Virus record (IMG/VR): IMGVR_UViG_3300037483_000693
Span: 137-64,136 of that record
Strand: one strand, 5' to 3'
Origin: a virus
Lineage: Duplodnaviria; Caudoviricetes
Length of the DNA stretch: 64,000 bases
A program made the position numbers and the translations under genes. Of the stretch, positions 16,124 through 24,866 are shown in pieces (positions within the stretch are counted from its first letter, which is position 1; every line of letters starts with the position of its first letter). The notes beneath the pieces were generated by a model that was not told the origin of the DNA, did no database searches, and was given only the letters and a program-made list of their open reading frames with translations.

Positions 16124-16911
16124 CGACTCTGCGCCTGGCTGACCGCTCCCGCTGGCGTGCGGCACGCACCTTGCAGGACCTCGCCGACCTCACCGCGGCG
16201 TGGCTGGCTGGGGAGATCCGGTCGCAGCCCGGCTACTACGGCCGCGTCGATGTCGACGAGGACCGGGCGCCCGGGCTGACCGCCGCGCTGGTGGCCTGCA
16301 ACAGGGCCGGGTTCCTCACCCGCACCTCCCAAGCGGGCTACGTCGGGCCCGGCTACCACGGCGCCACCCGCGCGACCGTGCTGGCCGCCGTGTACGGGTA
16401 CACCGACAGGGACACCGCCCAGCGCCTGTTCTCGGCGTCCGTCTGGGCCCCGACCCGGGTCCACGTGTTCATTCACCCCATCGGGGCCGGCCGCCTTGGC
16501 GAGGACGCCCGTGAGGTGTCGTGGGCTGACGACAGGGCCACCTGCTCATTCGGGGGCTGCGTACCGGTCGGCTACCTGCTGGACGAGTTCGCCGGCTGCT
16601 CCCGGCACGTGATCGACGCGCTCGCGCATGCATGGTCAGTGACGGTCCTCGACCCGGAGCCGGGCCGGAACACGTTGTGGGCGTGGCTGTCCGAGGTCAT
16701 GCCTGCGCTCGCCAAGGGCGCCCGGCCAGTCCCCATCTACGGCTACCGCGTGCCCGAGTATCCAGACCGGTGTGGATGCGGTGGGACCCTCCGGCCAGCC
16801 GACAGGCCGATCTTCGCTCCCGACGGCGGGGCGCACCTGATCCTCCGTTGCGACCGCTGCGGGATCCAGACCCCGATGGATTGGACATGGCGGCCCGGTG
16901 GTGACCGGTGA
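16120..16911 (+). CDS. Conserved actinobacterial mobile-element protein (DUF6919-like)
   Basis: WRAARTLQDLADLTAAWLAGEI...NRAGFLTRTSQAG. Confidence 0.55.
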   Translation: MTTLRLADRSRWRAARTLQDLADLTAAWLAGEIRSQPGYYGRVDVDEDRAPGLTAALVACNRAGFLTRTSQAGYVGPGYHGATRATVLAAVYGYTDRDTAQRLFSASVWAPTRVHVFIHPIGAGRLGEDAREVSWADDRATCSFGGCVPVGYLLDEFAGCSRHVIDALAHAWSVTVLDPEPGRNTLWAWLSEVMPALAKGARPVPIYGYRVPEYPDRCGCGGTLRPADRPIFAPDGGAHLILRCDRCGIQTPMDWTWRPGGDR

Positions 16912-17474
16912 TGGCCACCAGCAAGCGCCGGAAGCCGCCCCGGACCCGCACCACTCGGCGCCGGGGCACGACCAGCACCCGGCTCGTGAAGCCCCGCCGC
17001 AAGCGGACGGCGGCTGGTGGGCAGAGGGTCGCGAACTTCTCCTTGTTCAACATTAACTTCGGCGGTACCGGTGGAGGTCGCGGACGGCGCAAGCGGCGCT
17101 TCCAGGGCTTCCTGAAGGGCCTGTTCAAGACCGGCCGGGAGGTCGGCAAGGGGGTCGGCCGGCACATGCCGCAGGCGGGGTGCCTCAACAGCCCAGGGTC
17201 CGTCCAGCGTGCTGCGGCCCGGACTGGTGGGCAGCGGCAGCCCAGCAGAGTCACCGGCGCCGGGGCTGGGGCTGCGGCCACGCTCAGCGCGCGCGGCGGG
17301 AGCCGGTCGCCTAGGTCTCGGTTCGCCGCGTCCGTGGTGCCCGCGGGCCGGGCCGGGCCCGGGCGGTACGGCTGCCCGGAGTGCGCAGGTGCCCTCGGAG
17401 GGCATGCCGTCGGCTGCTCGCTGGACGACGGCGAACTCTCCCTCTCAAGCGACGGGGGAGAGGACCCGCAATGA
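16908..17474 (+). CDS. Highly basic Arg/Gly-rich hypothetical protein
   Basis: Coupled on both sides; CPEC motif near the C-terminus. Confidence 0.5.
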   Translation: MMATSKRRKPPRTRTTRRRGTTSTRLVKPRRKRTAAGGQRVANFSLFNINFGGTGGGRGRRKRRFQGFLKGLFKTGREVGKGVGRHMPQAGCLNSPGSVQRAAARTGGQRQPSRVTGAGAGAAATLSARGGSRSPRSRFAASVVPAGRAGPGRYGCPECAGALGGHAVGCSLDDGELSLSSDGGEDPQ

Positions 17475-19672
17475 GCACCGACTCGGCCAACGGCTACCAC
17501 GACGGCGCCCTCGACCTCGAGGAGCGCCTCGAGGTCGACGCCCACGACCTGAGGGACTCCCTCACCCACGAGCCCGGCGGCTTGACCGCCGGGGACCTGG
17601 AGACCGGACAGGCAGAGGAGGCGGCCGAGCAGGGCCCGCCCGTCGACCCGCCCGACCGCCGGTCCGCGGCGGCAGACCGGATCCGGGCAAAGGCGGACGC
17701 GCGGCGCCGGCCCCTGGTCCCGGAGTGGATGGCCACCCAGGTCGGCCGGCGTACGGTCACCCGGATCGCCGCGTCAGCGGCCGGGCACTGGACGCTGTAC
17801 CGACTGGTGCACCTGCTGCCCGACCTGGGGCTCCTCGCCTGGTATGCGGTCGTGGGTGCGGGCCGGTTGGCGTGGGGGTCGGTCCAGTTCGTGGGTGACG
17901 GTGAGGCGCGGCCGCTGCGGAAGTCGGCGATCCTGTCCGACGACCACAAGGCGTACATCATGCTGGTCCGGGAGCGGAACGCGCGGATCTCCCGCCGGAT
18001 GGCGGGCGCGGTGACCCTCGGGGTCCTCACGCTGCCGGCGGTCGGCCTGTTCGTGTGGCTGGCGCCCATCTGGCTGACCGCGCCCGCCATGGCCGGGGCT
18101 GTGGTGGGGCTGGTCCGGGCTGGTCGACCGGTGGGACGGCCGATCCTGTCCCCAGCGACCGTCCGGTCGACGGTCCCCCGGCTCACGTCGGTGGCGATCG
18201 TCCGGGCACTGGCAGGGGTCGGGATCGGCCCGCTCACCACAGGCGCCGCGAAGGGTGAGACGGCCGAATGGTTCCCCGAGCCGATCACCCGCACGGCCGT
18301 CGGCCACGAGGTCGGGATCGAGCTGCCGCACGGCACGACCGCAGCGGAGGTCGCGGACAAGCGGGAAAAGCTGGCCGCCGGGCTGCGCCGCCCGATCGGC
18401 TGCGTGTGGCCGATGGGTGAGCCGCGGGTCCACCCGGGCCGGCTGACCCTGCACGTCCTGGACGCGCCGATGTCGAAGATGGTGCAGCCGGCGTGGCCGC
18501 TGGCCAAGACGGGGCGGTGCGACGTGTTCAAGCCGATCCTCCTCGGATGGGACCAGCGCGGACGGCCTGTCACCGTCCTGCTGATGTTCTCCAACCTGCT
18601 GGTCGGGTCGATCCCGAGGCAGGGCAAATCCAGGACGGTCCGGGTCCTCATGCTCGCCGCTAGCTTCGATGTCACCTGCGAGCTCCACGACCACGAGTTG
18701 AAGGGCACCGACGACGACTCGATGTTGGAGCCGTACCTGCACCGGTACACGACCGGCGCCGGGTCGACCGACACGCCGGCGATCGAGTCGGTGATGGCCT
18801 CGATCCGGGAGGTCCACGGCTACCTCGATCCGCGGGCCAAGACGATCGCCCGGGTGTCCCGGGAGAACCCGGCGCGGTGCCCGGACAAGAAGGTCACCCG
18901 CGAGCTGGCCGACGACGCGTCCCTGAAGTTGCACCCGGTGATCCTGAAGATCGACGAAGTGCACGAACTTTTCGAGACCGAGTTCGCGGCCGAGGCCGAG
19001 CAGAAGCTGACCGCGATCATCAAGCGCGGTCCCGCCCTGGGGATCATGCTGATCCTGGCCACACAGCGGCCGGACGCGAAGTCGATCCCCACGGCGATCA
19101 GCGCGAACGTGGGCCTGCGGTTCTGCCTGCGGGTCGGCGGCTGGAAGCCGAACAACCTCATCCTCGGGGACGGCGCCTACGCGATGGGCATGAGGGCCGA
19201 CCTGTTCACCGAGGACGACAAGGGCTGCGGCCTACTCCGGGACGGCGGGACCACCGCGCAGACCGTCCGGGGCGCCGACATCGACGGCCCGGCAGCGGAG
19301 CCCATCGCCCGCCGCGCCCTGGCCATGCGCACCGCAGCAGGCGTGCTGTCCGGCGACGCGGTCGGCGAGCACATCGAACTCGAGCGGAACCAACTCGAGG
19401 TCGTCTACGACTGCATTCGGGTCTTCCGGGAGTGCCCATCGAGCGACGAGTCTGTGTGGCTGCACCAGCTGGAGGAGCTCCTCACGGAGTGGGCGCCGAG
19501 CGAGTACGGAGACCTGGAGGTGCCGTGGCTGGGGGACCGGCTGCGGGCGATCGGGGTGCCGACGATGGGGCAGCGGAAACGGAACGTGGACGGCGAGCAG
19601 GTGAACAGGGCAGGGGTCTCGCTGGCCGTCCTGAGGAAGGCGGTTGAGGGCCGCGAGCAGGACTCTCGGTAG
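17471..19672 (+). CDS. traB: TraB-type FtsK/SpoIIIE DNA translocase
   Basis: N-terminal TM region, GSIPRQGKS (Walker A), ILKIDEVHELF (Walker B), LILATQRP, C-terminal wHTH; 733 aa. Confidence 0.85.
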   Translation: MSTDSANGYHDGALDLEERLEVDAHDLRDSLTHEPGGLTAGDLETGQAEEAAEQGPPVDPPDRRSAAADRIRAKADARRRPLVPEWMATQVGRRTVTRIAASAAGHWTLYRLVHLLPDLGLLAWYAVVGAGRLAWGSVQFVGDGEARPLRKSAILSDDHKAYIMLVRERNARISRRMAGAVTLGVLTLPAVGLFVWLAPIWLTAPAMAGAVVGLVRAGRPVGRPILSPATVRSTVPRLTSVAIVRALAGVGIGPLTTGAAKGETAEWFPEPITRTAVGHEVGIELPHGTTAAEVADKREKLAAGLRRPIGCVWPMGEPRVHPGRLTLHVLDAPMSKMVQPAWPLAKTGRCDVFKPILLGWDQRGRPVTVLLMFSNLLVGSIPRQGKSRTVRVLMLAASFDVTCELHDHELKGTDDDSMLEPYLHRYTTGAGSTDTPAIESVMASIREVHGYLDPRAKTIARVSRENPARCPDKKVTRELADDASLKLHPVILKIDEVHELFETEFAAEAEQKLTAIIKRGPALGIMLILATQRPDAKSIPTAISANVGLRFCLRVGGWKPNNLILGDGAYAMGMRADLFTEDDKGCGLLRDGGTTAQTVRGADIDGPAAEPIARRALAMRTAAGVLSGDAVGEHIELERNQLEVVYDCIRVFRECPSSDESVWLHQLEELLTEWAPSEYGDLEVPWLGDRLRAIGVPTMGQRKRNVDGEQVNRAGVSLAVLRKAVEGREQDSR

Positions 19673-19773
19673 GGGCGCCGACCCCTACCGGTAGGGGTGC
19701 CACTACTGGGCACCCCTACCGGCAAACCAGCAGGTCAGATGCCGTTCTCAGCAAGATCGCAGACTGGTAGGGC
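19668..19773. repeat. clt-like 8-mer repeat cluster directly after traB
   Basis: GGTAGGGG at 19668 and 19690; CCCCTACC at 19682 and 19713; GGTAGGGC at 19766; 18-bp palindrome at 19681-19698. Confidence 0.65.
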
Positions 19774-19815
19774 GGGGGTCGCGCAGGGCCCCGAAACAGC
19801 TCCTGGAGGGGAATC

Positions 19816-20052
19816 GTGCACGTGCTCGTTTTGGCCGCTACCACTACCGGCGTCGTGGCCGTGCTGGCCGCCGGGTACCTCGGTTGGTGCTGGCTGGTCC
19901 CCGGCTACACCTGCCACGCTTGCGGCGGGGACGGGTCTCGCCGGACGCGGATCCTGGGCCGGGAGCGGACCTGCCGGACGTGTCGGGGGATCGGTGAACG
20001 GCCCCGGCTGGGCATGTACGTGCTCCGCGCGTTGCGGGAGGGGAGCAGATGA
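19816..20052 (+). CDS. Small membrane protein with a DnaJ-like CxxCxGxG zinc finger
   Basis: One TM helix, CHACGGDG and CRTCRGIG. Confidence 0.7.
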   Translation: MHVLVLAATTTGVVAVLAAGYLGWCWLVPGYTCHACGGDGSRRTRILGRERTCRTCRGIGERPRLGMYVLRALREGSR

Positions 20053-21119
20053 GCGTGTTGTCGCTGCCGAGGCGCCGCGTGCCCCTGGAGACCGCACGTC
20101 GGCTGGCCCGCCGGCTCGACCGGACCGCGTCGGCCCCGGATCGGGCGCCGAGGCGCCGGCTGGCCGAGGTCGCTTCCCGCGGCGGGACGTGGGCACTGGT
20201 CGTGCCCGTCGTCCTGGTCAACACGTTCGCCGGGATCGGGCAGACGCTGTGGGCGATGGACCACATCTCCCCGGCGCTCGGCGGCTACCCGGTCGTGACT
20301 GCGGTCGGGTTCGCGGCCACCCTGGAGTCGATCGCCGTGTACCTGGCCTACCAAGCACACCGGGCGCTGATGGCCGGCGATGCGGCGCTGCGGCTGCGGG
20401 TCGCCTCGTATGCGGCGGCGGGCACGGTCGGTGCCCTGAACTACAGCCACTGGTCGGCCGACTGGTCGCCGACTGCGGTGGCGATCACCTACACGGGGTT
20501 CTCGGTGATCTCGCCGTGGCTGTGGTCGATCCAGTCGAGGTCGATGCACCGCGCCGAGTTGCGGGCGGAGGACCTGATCGACCCGAGGACGGTCCGGTTC
20601 TCGATGGCCCGGTGGACGCTGTACCCGGTCCGGACGTTTACCGCGTTCCGGGCCGCGGTGTGGGCTGGGGTGGTCGATCCTGCGGTGGCGATCCGGCTGG
20701 CCGATCGAGTCGATCCCGTCCGGTCGATCGACCCCGATCCGGGGGTCTCGATCGAGGCCTCGATCGAGTCGATCCAGTCCGCTGCGGATCGACCCGTCGG
20801 GCCGCCGGTGATCGAGGCGCCGAAGTCGATCGGATCGACTCCGACCCCGGCCGGGAGATCGACCAGGAGGAGGCCGACCCGGCAGCCGCGGACGGTCGAC
20901 GAGTTGGCCGTCGAGTTGGCCGCTGAGATCGAGTCGGGTGGCCTCGATCCGGCACCGTCGGCTGAGGCGATCCGGCGGCGGCTCAAGTGCGCTCCCGCCA
21001 CTGCCAGGGAGCTGCGGGATCGGCTGGCGAGTGGGGACGGTCCAACTGGGCCGGTCCCTGTGTTGGAAGTTGCCGATGACGTTCCAAGCGCGACCCAGGA
21101 AGGAACACTGACCACATGA
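20049..21119 (+). CDS. DUF2637/Spd-like membrane protein with a C-terminal HTH
   Basis: About four TM helices (FAATLESIAVYLA, LNYSHW); C-terminal PSAEAIRRRLKCAPATARELRD. Confidence 0.7.
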   Translation: MSVLSLPRRRVPLETARRLARRLDRTASAPDRAPRRRLAEVASRGGTWALVVPVVLVNTFAGIGQTLWAMDHISPALGGYPVVTAVGFAATLESIAVYLAYQAHRALMAGDAALRLRVASYAAAGTVGALNYSHWSADWSPTAVAITYTGFSVISPWLWSIQSRSMHRAELRAEDLIDPRTVRFSMARWTLYPVRTFTAFRAAVWAGVVDPAVAIRLADRVDPVRSIDPDPGVSIEASIESIQSAADRPVGPPVIEAPKSIGSTPTPAGRSTRRRPTRQPRTVDELAVELAAEIESGGLDPAPSAEAIRRRLKCAPATARELRDRLASGDGPTGPVPVLEVADDVPSATQEGTLTT

Positions 21120-21370
21120 CCCAGCACACGCCGCTGCCCGGACCGATCGAGGAGCTGCCGCTGTCGGCTGTGACCGATGTGGAGGCGCGGGCTCAGCTCG
21201 CCGCCGCGACGGACGGTCTCCCGCTCGGGGGGTGCGATGCGGAGTTCCTGGAGTGGCTGGCGGCCACGGATACGAGGGCCACGGTGGTGGTGGCGTCGTT
21301 GTTGCGGCGGGCGTGGACGGCGGGGTTGGCGGCGGGGCGGATGGAGATCCGGGAGGAGCGGACCCGCTGA
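21116..21370 (+). CDS. Hypothetical protein
   Basis: GGAAGGA SD; LGGCDAEFLEWLA motif. Confidence 0.6.
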   Translation: MTQHTPLPGPIEELPLSAVTDVEARAQLAAATDGLPLGGCDAEFLEWLAATDTRATVVVASLLRRAWTAGLAAGRMEIREERTR

Positions 21371-21374
21371 GCTA

Positions 21375-21404
21375 GTTGACGCCATCGTCTATCAACGCTA
21401 GAGT
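21375..21404 (+). promoter_or_regulatory. Sigma-A-like promoter with overlapping operator
   Basis: TTGACG-N17-TAGAGT; GTTGA-N12-TCAAC inverted repeat. Confidence 0.65.
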
Positions 21405-21443
21405 CGAGTTATCGACATCGAATAACGAGACCCGGAGGGCACC

Positions 21444-21806
21444 ATGACCGAGACCGGCGACTACTTCACCGCCAAGGCCCGCAGCGTCTTCACCGCAGCC
21501 AGCGGCGACCCGGACCTGTGTGGTCCGCTCGCCGCCTGGGCGCGATACGCGCACGGTGTTGGAGATTCCCGCCGCGGAGTGATCGTCAGCGAGACCGGCC
21601 AGATCCTGGCCGAGACGCGCCACCACCCCGCCACGGTCAGCACCCCGGGCGCCACCTACGCCACGTCGGGCGGCGAGCACGTGCAGGACCGTGAGCTGGG
21701 CCTGGCCATGGCCGCGCTGCAGCGCCGCACGGGCCGCCGCTGCATCCACGTCAAGTACTGGCAGGTCTGCACCGGGGCGAGCCGCTTCACGCCGGCTTCC
21801 CGGTGA
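21444..21806 (+). CDS. Hypothetical protein
   Basis: GGAGG SD; first gene after the promoter. Confidence 0.6.
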   Translation: MTETGDYFTAKARSVFTAASGDPDLCGPLAAWARYAHGVGDSRRGVIVSETGQILAETRHHPATVSTPGATYATSGGEHVQDRELGLAMAALQRRTGRRCIHVKYWQVCTGASRFTPASR

Positions 21807-22009
21807 CCGCCGAGACCAAGCGTCGGCCGGGTCGCCCCACCGTCGGCGGCCGGGTCACAGTCTCCCTGGGCTCCGAGCGGGTCGCCAGGGTGAAGGCTGC
21901 GGCCCGTCTCGCCGGGGTCAGTTTCCCGGTGATGCTCCGCAGGTGCATCGACACGGCACTGGCAGGGCGGGACGGCCACGAGCAGGAGAACCCAGGAGAG
22001 CGGTTGTGA
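21803..22009 (+). CDS. Ribbon-helix-helix-like regulator
   Basis: PGRP..RVTVSLGSERVARVKAAARLAGVSFPVMLRRCI. Confidence 0.55.
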   Translation: MTAETKRRPGRPTVGGRVTVSLGSERVARVKAAARLAGVSFPVMLRRCIDTALAGRDGHEQENPGERL

Positions 22010-22626
22010 CGATGACGGCCAGGACCGGCGCGGTGGTGGTGGGCTGTGTGCTGCTGGCCGCCTGCGGCAGTAGTGGCGCCGAACACGGCGACAGCCCGGA
22101 CGGGGCGCTGGCCGGGGTCACGGTCGCAGCCGAAGCGCACGCCGACACCTACCAGCGGACGGCGTTCGGGCAACGCTGGCGCGACACCGACCGGAACGGG
22201 TGCGGGCAGCGGGACGACGTCCTGGCCCGGGACCTGACCGGGATCACCCGGCGGGGCCGGTGCGTCGTGGTCGCAGGCGCCCTGGTCGACCCGTACACCG
22301 GCCAGCAGGTCACCTTCGTCAAGGCCCGCGCGAGTGAGGTGCAGATCGACCACGTGGTCGCTCTGGCTGAGGCGTGGCGGTCCGGGGCCTGGTCCTGGAC
22401 CCCGGACCGGCGGGAAGCCTACGCCAACGACCTGACGGTCCTGCAGGCGTCGGCGGGCCGGGTGAACCAGGCCAAGGGTGACGCGGATGCGGCGGGCTGG
22501 TCACCGGATGGCGGCGTGCGGCGGTGCCGGTACGCCGGCATGGTTGTGCAGGTCAAGGCCCGGTGGGGTCTGACCGCTGACCCGGTCGAGGTCGACGCTC
22601 TGGCCGCGATGATCAGGGACTGTTGA
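22006..22626 (+). CDS. Lipoprotein HNH nuclease (DUF1524-like)
   Basis: Lipobox LAAC, YQRTAFG, DRNGC, DPYTG, QIDHVVALAEAWRSGA, VNQAKGD. Confidence 0.85.
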   Translation: MTMTARTGAVVVGCVLLAACGSSGAEHGDSPDGALAGVTVAAEAHADTYQRTAFGQRWRDTDRNGCGQRDDVLARDLTGITRRGRCVVVAGALVDPYTGQQVTFVKARASEVQIDHVVALAEAWRSGAWSWTPDRREAYANDLTVLQASAGRVNQAKGDADAAGWSPDGGVRRCRYAGMVVQVKARWGLTADPVEVDALAAMIRDC

Positions 22627-22724
22627 TGGCCGGGGCGGTGCTCGCTGGGCTCGGTATCGGCGCCGTAGTCGTCTTGGTCGCGCTGGCTGCCGCGGGCCTG
22701 CTGCTGTGGCTTGAGGGCCGCTGA
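22626..22724 (+). CDS. 32-aa single-TM peptide
   Basis: TGATG coupling; MAGAVLAGLGIGAVVVLVALAAAGLLLWLEGR. Confidence 0.45.
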   Translation: MAGAVLAGLGIGAVVVLVALAAAGLLLWLEGR

Positions 22725-22751
22725 TGGCCGGGGCGAGGCGTCGCCTGCCGG

Positions 22752-23003
22752 GTGGTCCGACCCGGCCAGCGCGCTCCTGCGGCCGGACTGCCAGCGGCCC
22801 GGCCGGTCACGGTCCGGCTCCAGGCCGGGGCGTGGACGGCGCTCGGGTTCGCCGCACTGATCGACGGGAAGCGGCCCGGCGAGTGGCTGTCGGAGCGGGT
22901 GGAGCAGCTGCTCGCCGACGCTGTTACCGCGGATCCCGTGCTGGCGGGGATGGTCGCCAGCACACTGACCTACCAGCAGGGGAGGACCACCGACCATGGC
23001 TGA
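22752..23003 (+). CDS. RHH-like small protein
   Basis: VTVRLQAGAWTALGFAALIDGKRPGEWLSERVEQ. Confidence 0.45.
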   Translation: MVRPGQRAPAAGLPAARPVTVRLQAGAWTALGFAALIDGKRPGEWLSERVEQLLADAVTADPVLAGMVASTLTYQQGRTTDHG

Positions 23004-23154
23004 CACCCCCGGGACGTGCCGCTACTGCGACACGGAGACGAACAAACCGTGCTGCGGTGCACCGGCATGCCGTCGACAGCACGGCGCGCGCCTGCTCGGC
23101 CAGCTCGCCGACGTCCTCGACGGTGAGGCCGACCGGGAGGGCACCCATGGCTGA
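22996..23154 (+). CDS. 52-aa Cys-rich protein
   Basis: GGAGG SD; CRYC...CC...C. Confidence 0.5.
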   Translation: MADTPGTCRYCDTETNKPCCGAPACRRQHGARLLGQLADVLDGEADREGTHG

Positions 23155-23569
23155 CCTGGTCGGGTTCCTGCGCGCCCGCATCGACGCGGACGAGGCGGCT
23201 GCCCGGGCGGCGACGGAGGATCCCGGCATGTCGGCCGAGTGGTATGAGCAGACCAGTGGCTGTCTCGACATTGGGCTGCCGAACCATGGCGGACAGGACT
23301 GGACCGATTACGTGTGGCCCCAGGGCGACAGTCGCGTGACGCGGTACATCGCCCGGTGGGATCCGGCCCGGGTGCTCGCCGAGGTAGCAGCGAAGCGGCA
23401 GCTGGTCCGCCTGTTCTCAGACCGGCCAACCGCGCCCCCGGCCAGCGATGTCTTCCTGTCGGCGATGGCAGCGAGCGTGACCAGTACGAATGACTGGGTG
23501 CTGCGGCAGATGGTCCAGCCGTACGCGGATCATCCGGACTTCGACCCGACCTGGAGGGACGCGCCGTGA
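23147..23569 (+). CDS. DUF6221-like protein, copy 1
   Basis: LVGFLRARIDADE...IARWDPARVLAEVAAKR...QPYADHPDF. Confidence 0.75.
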   Translation: MADLVGFLRARIDADEAAARAATEDPGMSAEWYEQTSGCLDIGLPNHGGQDWTDYVWPQGDSRVTRYIARWDPARVLAEVAAKRQLVRLFSDRPTAPPASDVFLSAMAASVTSTNDWVLRQMVQPYADHPDFDPTWRDAP

Positions 23570-24318
23570 GCCGGAAGCGTCGCCCGGGTGGCCGGGACCC
23601 ACGGGCGGCCGGGGTCGACCCGCAGACGGCGGCCGTCCGGCGCTGGCTCACCGACAGCCTCCGGGCCGCAGCCGGCCGGCAGCTGGGACGGACTCCTGTC
23701 GAGCACGTCTACGGTTCGCCGGAGGAGTTCGTGCTCCGGCACGGCACCTGGCATACCCCCGGCCGGGTCACGCCGATGGTCATGAAGCACTGCTTCGCCA
23801 ACGCCCTGAACTGCGCGCTGGTGTACCCGGGCTGGACCTATGTCGAGGGGTACGCCCTGGAGCCGCTCACACGGATGCCGATCCACCACGCCTGGGGGCT
23901 GGACGAGCGGGGGCGGGCGATCGAGTTGACGTGGCGGGTCCCCGGCCTGGCGTACCTGGGTGTGCCGTTCGCGGTGGAGCGGGCGGACGACTGCTCGTGG
24001 GTTGGTGACGCAACAGTGCTGGACGACTACCGGCGGGCCTGGCCGCTGCTGCGCGAGCGGTGGCAGGGGGAGCCGGGGGACGTGCCCCGCTCGGACCGGC
24101 TGCGGGCGCTGGCTGTCACGCTGCCGTTCTCGCCGCTGTTCGCCGAGGCTGGGCTGCCGGCACCGCCGCAGCCGCTGCTGGCTGGGGACGCTCTGGGGGC
24201 GTTCCGGGGGCGTTCCGGGCGGCTCAGGCCCGGTTCGAGGCGGAGCCGGGGCTGGGCCCGGATGAGGCGATGGCTCTGCTGGTGGAGGCGGTGGAGGGTG
24301 CGCTGTAGCGCCCCCTGA
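23566..24318 (+). CDS. Hypothetical protein with a Cys-His-Asp arrangement (transglutaminase/papain-like fold possible)
   Basis: HCFANA, YVEGYA, IHHAWGLD. Confidence 0.55.
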   Translation: MSRKRRPGGRDPRAAGVDPQTAAVRRWLTDSLRAAAGRQLGRTPVEHVYGSPEEFVLRHGTWHTPGRVTPMVMKHCFANALNCALVYPGWTYVEGYALEPLTRMPIHHAWGLDERGRAIELTWRVPGLAYLGVPFAVERADDCSWVGDATVLDDYRRAWPLLRERWQGEPGDVPRSDRLRALAVTLPFSPLFAEAGLPAPPQPLLAGDALGAFRGRSGRLRPGSRRSRGWARMRRWLCWWRRWRVRCSAP

Positions 24319-24332
24319 CCGGCCTGTCCGCA

Positions 24333-24360
24333 ATAACCGATAATGTACCTTATGTCAGGT
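24333..24360. other. dif-like XerC/XerD recombination site
   Basis: ATAACCGATAA-TGTACC-TTATGTCAGGT has the 11-6-11 architecture of dif (E. coli GGTGCGCATAA-TGTATA-TTATGTTAAAT); AT-rich, intergenic, between convergent genes. Confidence 0.75.
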
Positions 24361-24436
24361 AGTGGGTTTCGGACCCATCCCCCGGGGGGCTGAGACGCAT
24401 CCCCAGCCCTCCCGCCGCCCACGCCCTGCTCACGGG

Positions 24437-24742
24437 TCAGCCGCCGTTGGTGACGACGCCGAGGCCCCCCTTGGCGATCGCCCGGAGGCGGGTCTTCTCC
24501 GCGGCGGACAGGTCGGCGCACTCGGGCAGGCCATCCAGGATCGGCCCGGCTGTGCGGGGCCAGCTCGGGGCGGCCTCACCGGCGAGGAGCCAGCAGCGGG
24601 CGACGGCCTGCTCGCGGGTCGAGGTGAGCGCGCCGCCCAGGGGGGCGGCCATCACGAGGGCCACGCCGCCGGCGGCGGCTGCGAGCAGGCACGCGCCGAT
24701 CGCTACTGCGGCCAGGGGGCTTATGCGGCTTTCGGGGGTCAT
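24437..24742 (-). CDS. Small exported/membrane protein
   Basis: N-terminal hydrophobic helix; two Cys. Confidence 0.45.
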   Translation of the reverse strand: MTPESRISPLAAVAIGACLLAAAAGGVALVMAAPLGGALTSTREQAVARCWLLAGEAAPSWPRTAGPILDGLPECADLSAAEKTRLRAIAKGGLGVVTNGG

Positions 24743-24866
24743 CGTCGGTTGGCCTTCCGGTCGATCCAGCGGGTGAGGCGTGGCGCCTGTGGTGGCGGTG
24801 CGCACACCGGCCCTGGTCACGTCTTGAGCCGCCTGGATCGAGTCACCAAGGGGGCCGGGACCGCAC

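Noticed and set aside
21444-22009. Toxin-antitoxin pair (hypothetical plus RHH under its own promoter)
   Set aside because: The layout fits, but I recognise no toxin motif in 21444-21806.
23144-23569. Diversity-generating retroelement (TR/VR) explanation for the duplicated gene
   Set aside because: No reverse transcriptase is present, and the differing segments are non-homologous rather than adenine-specific variants.
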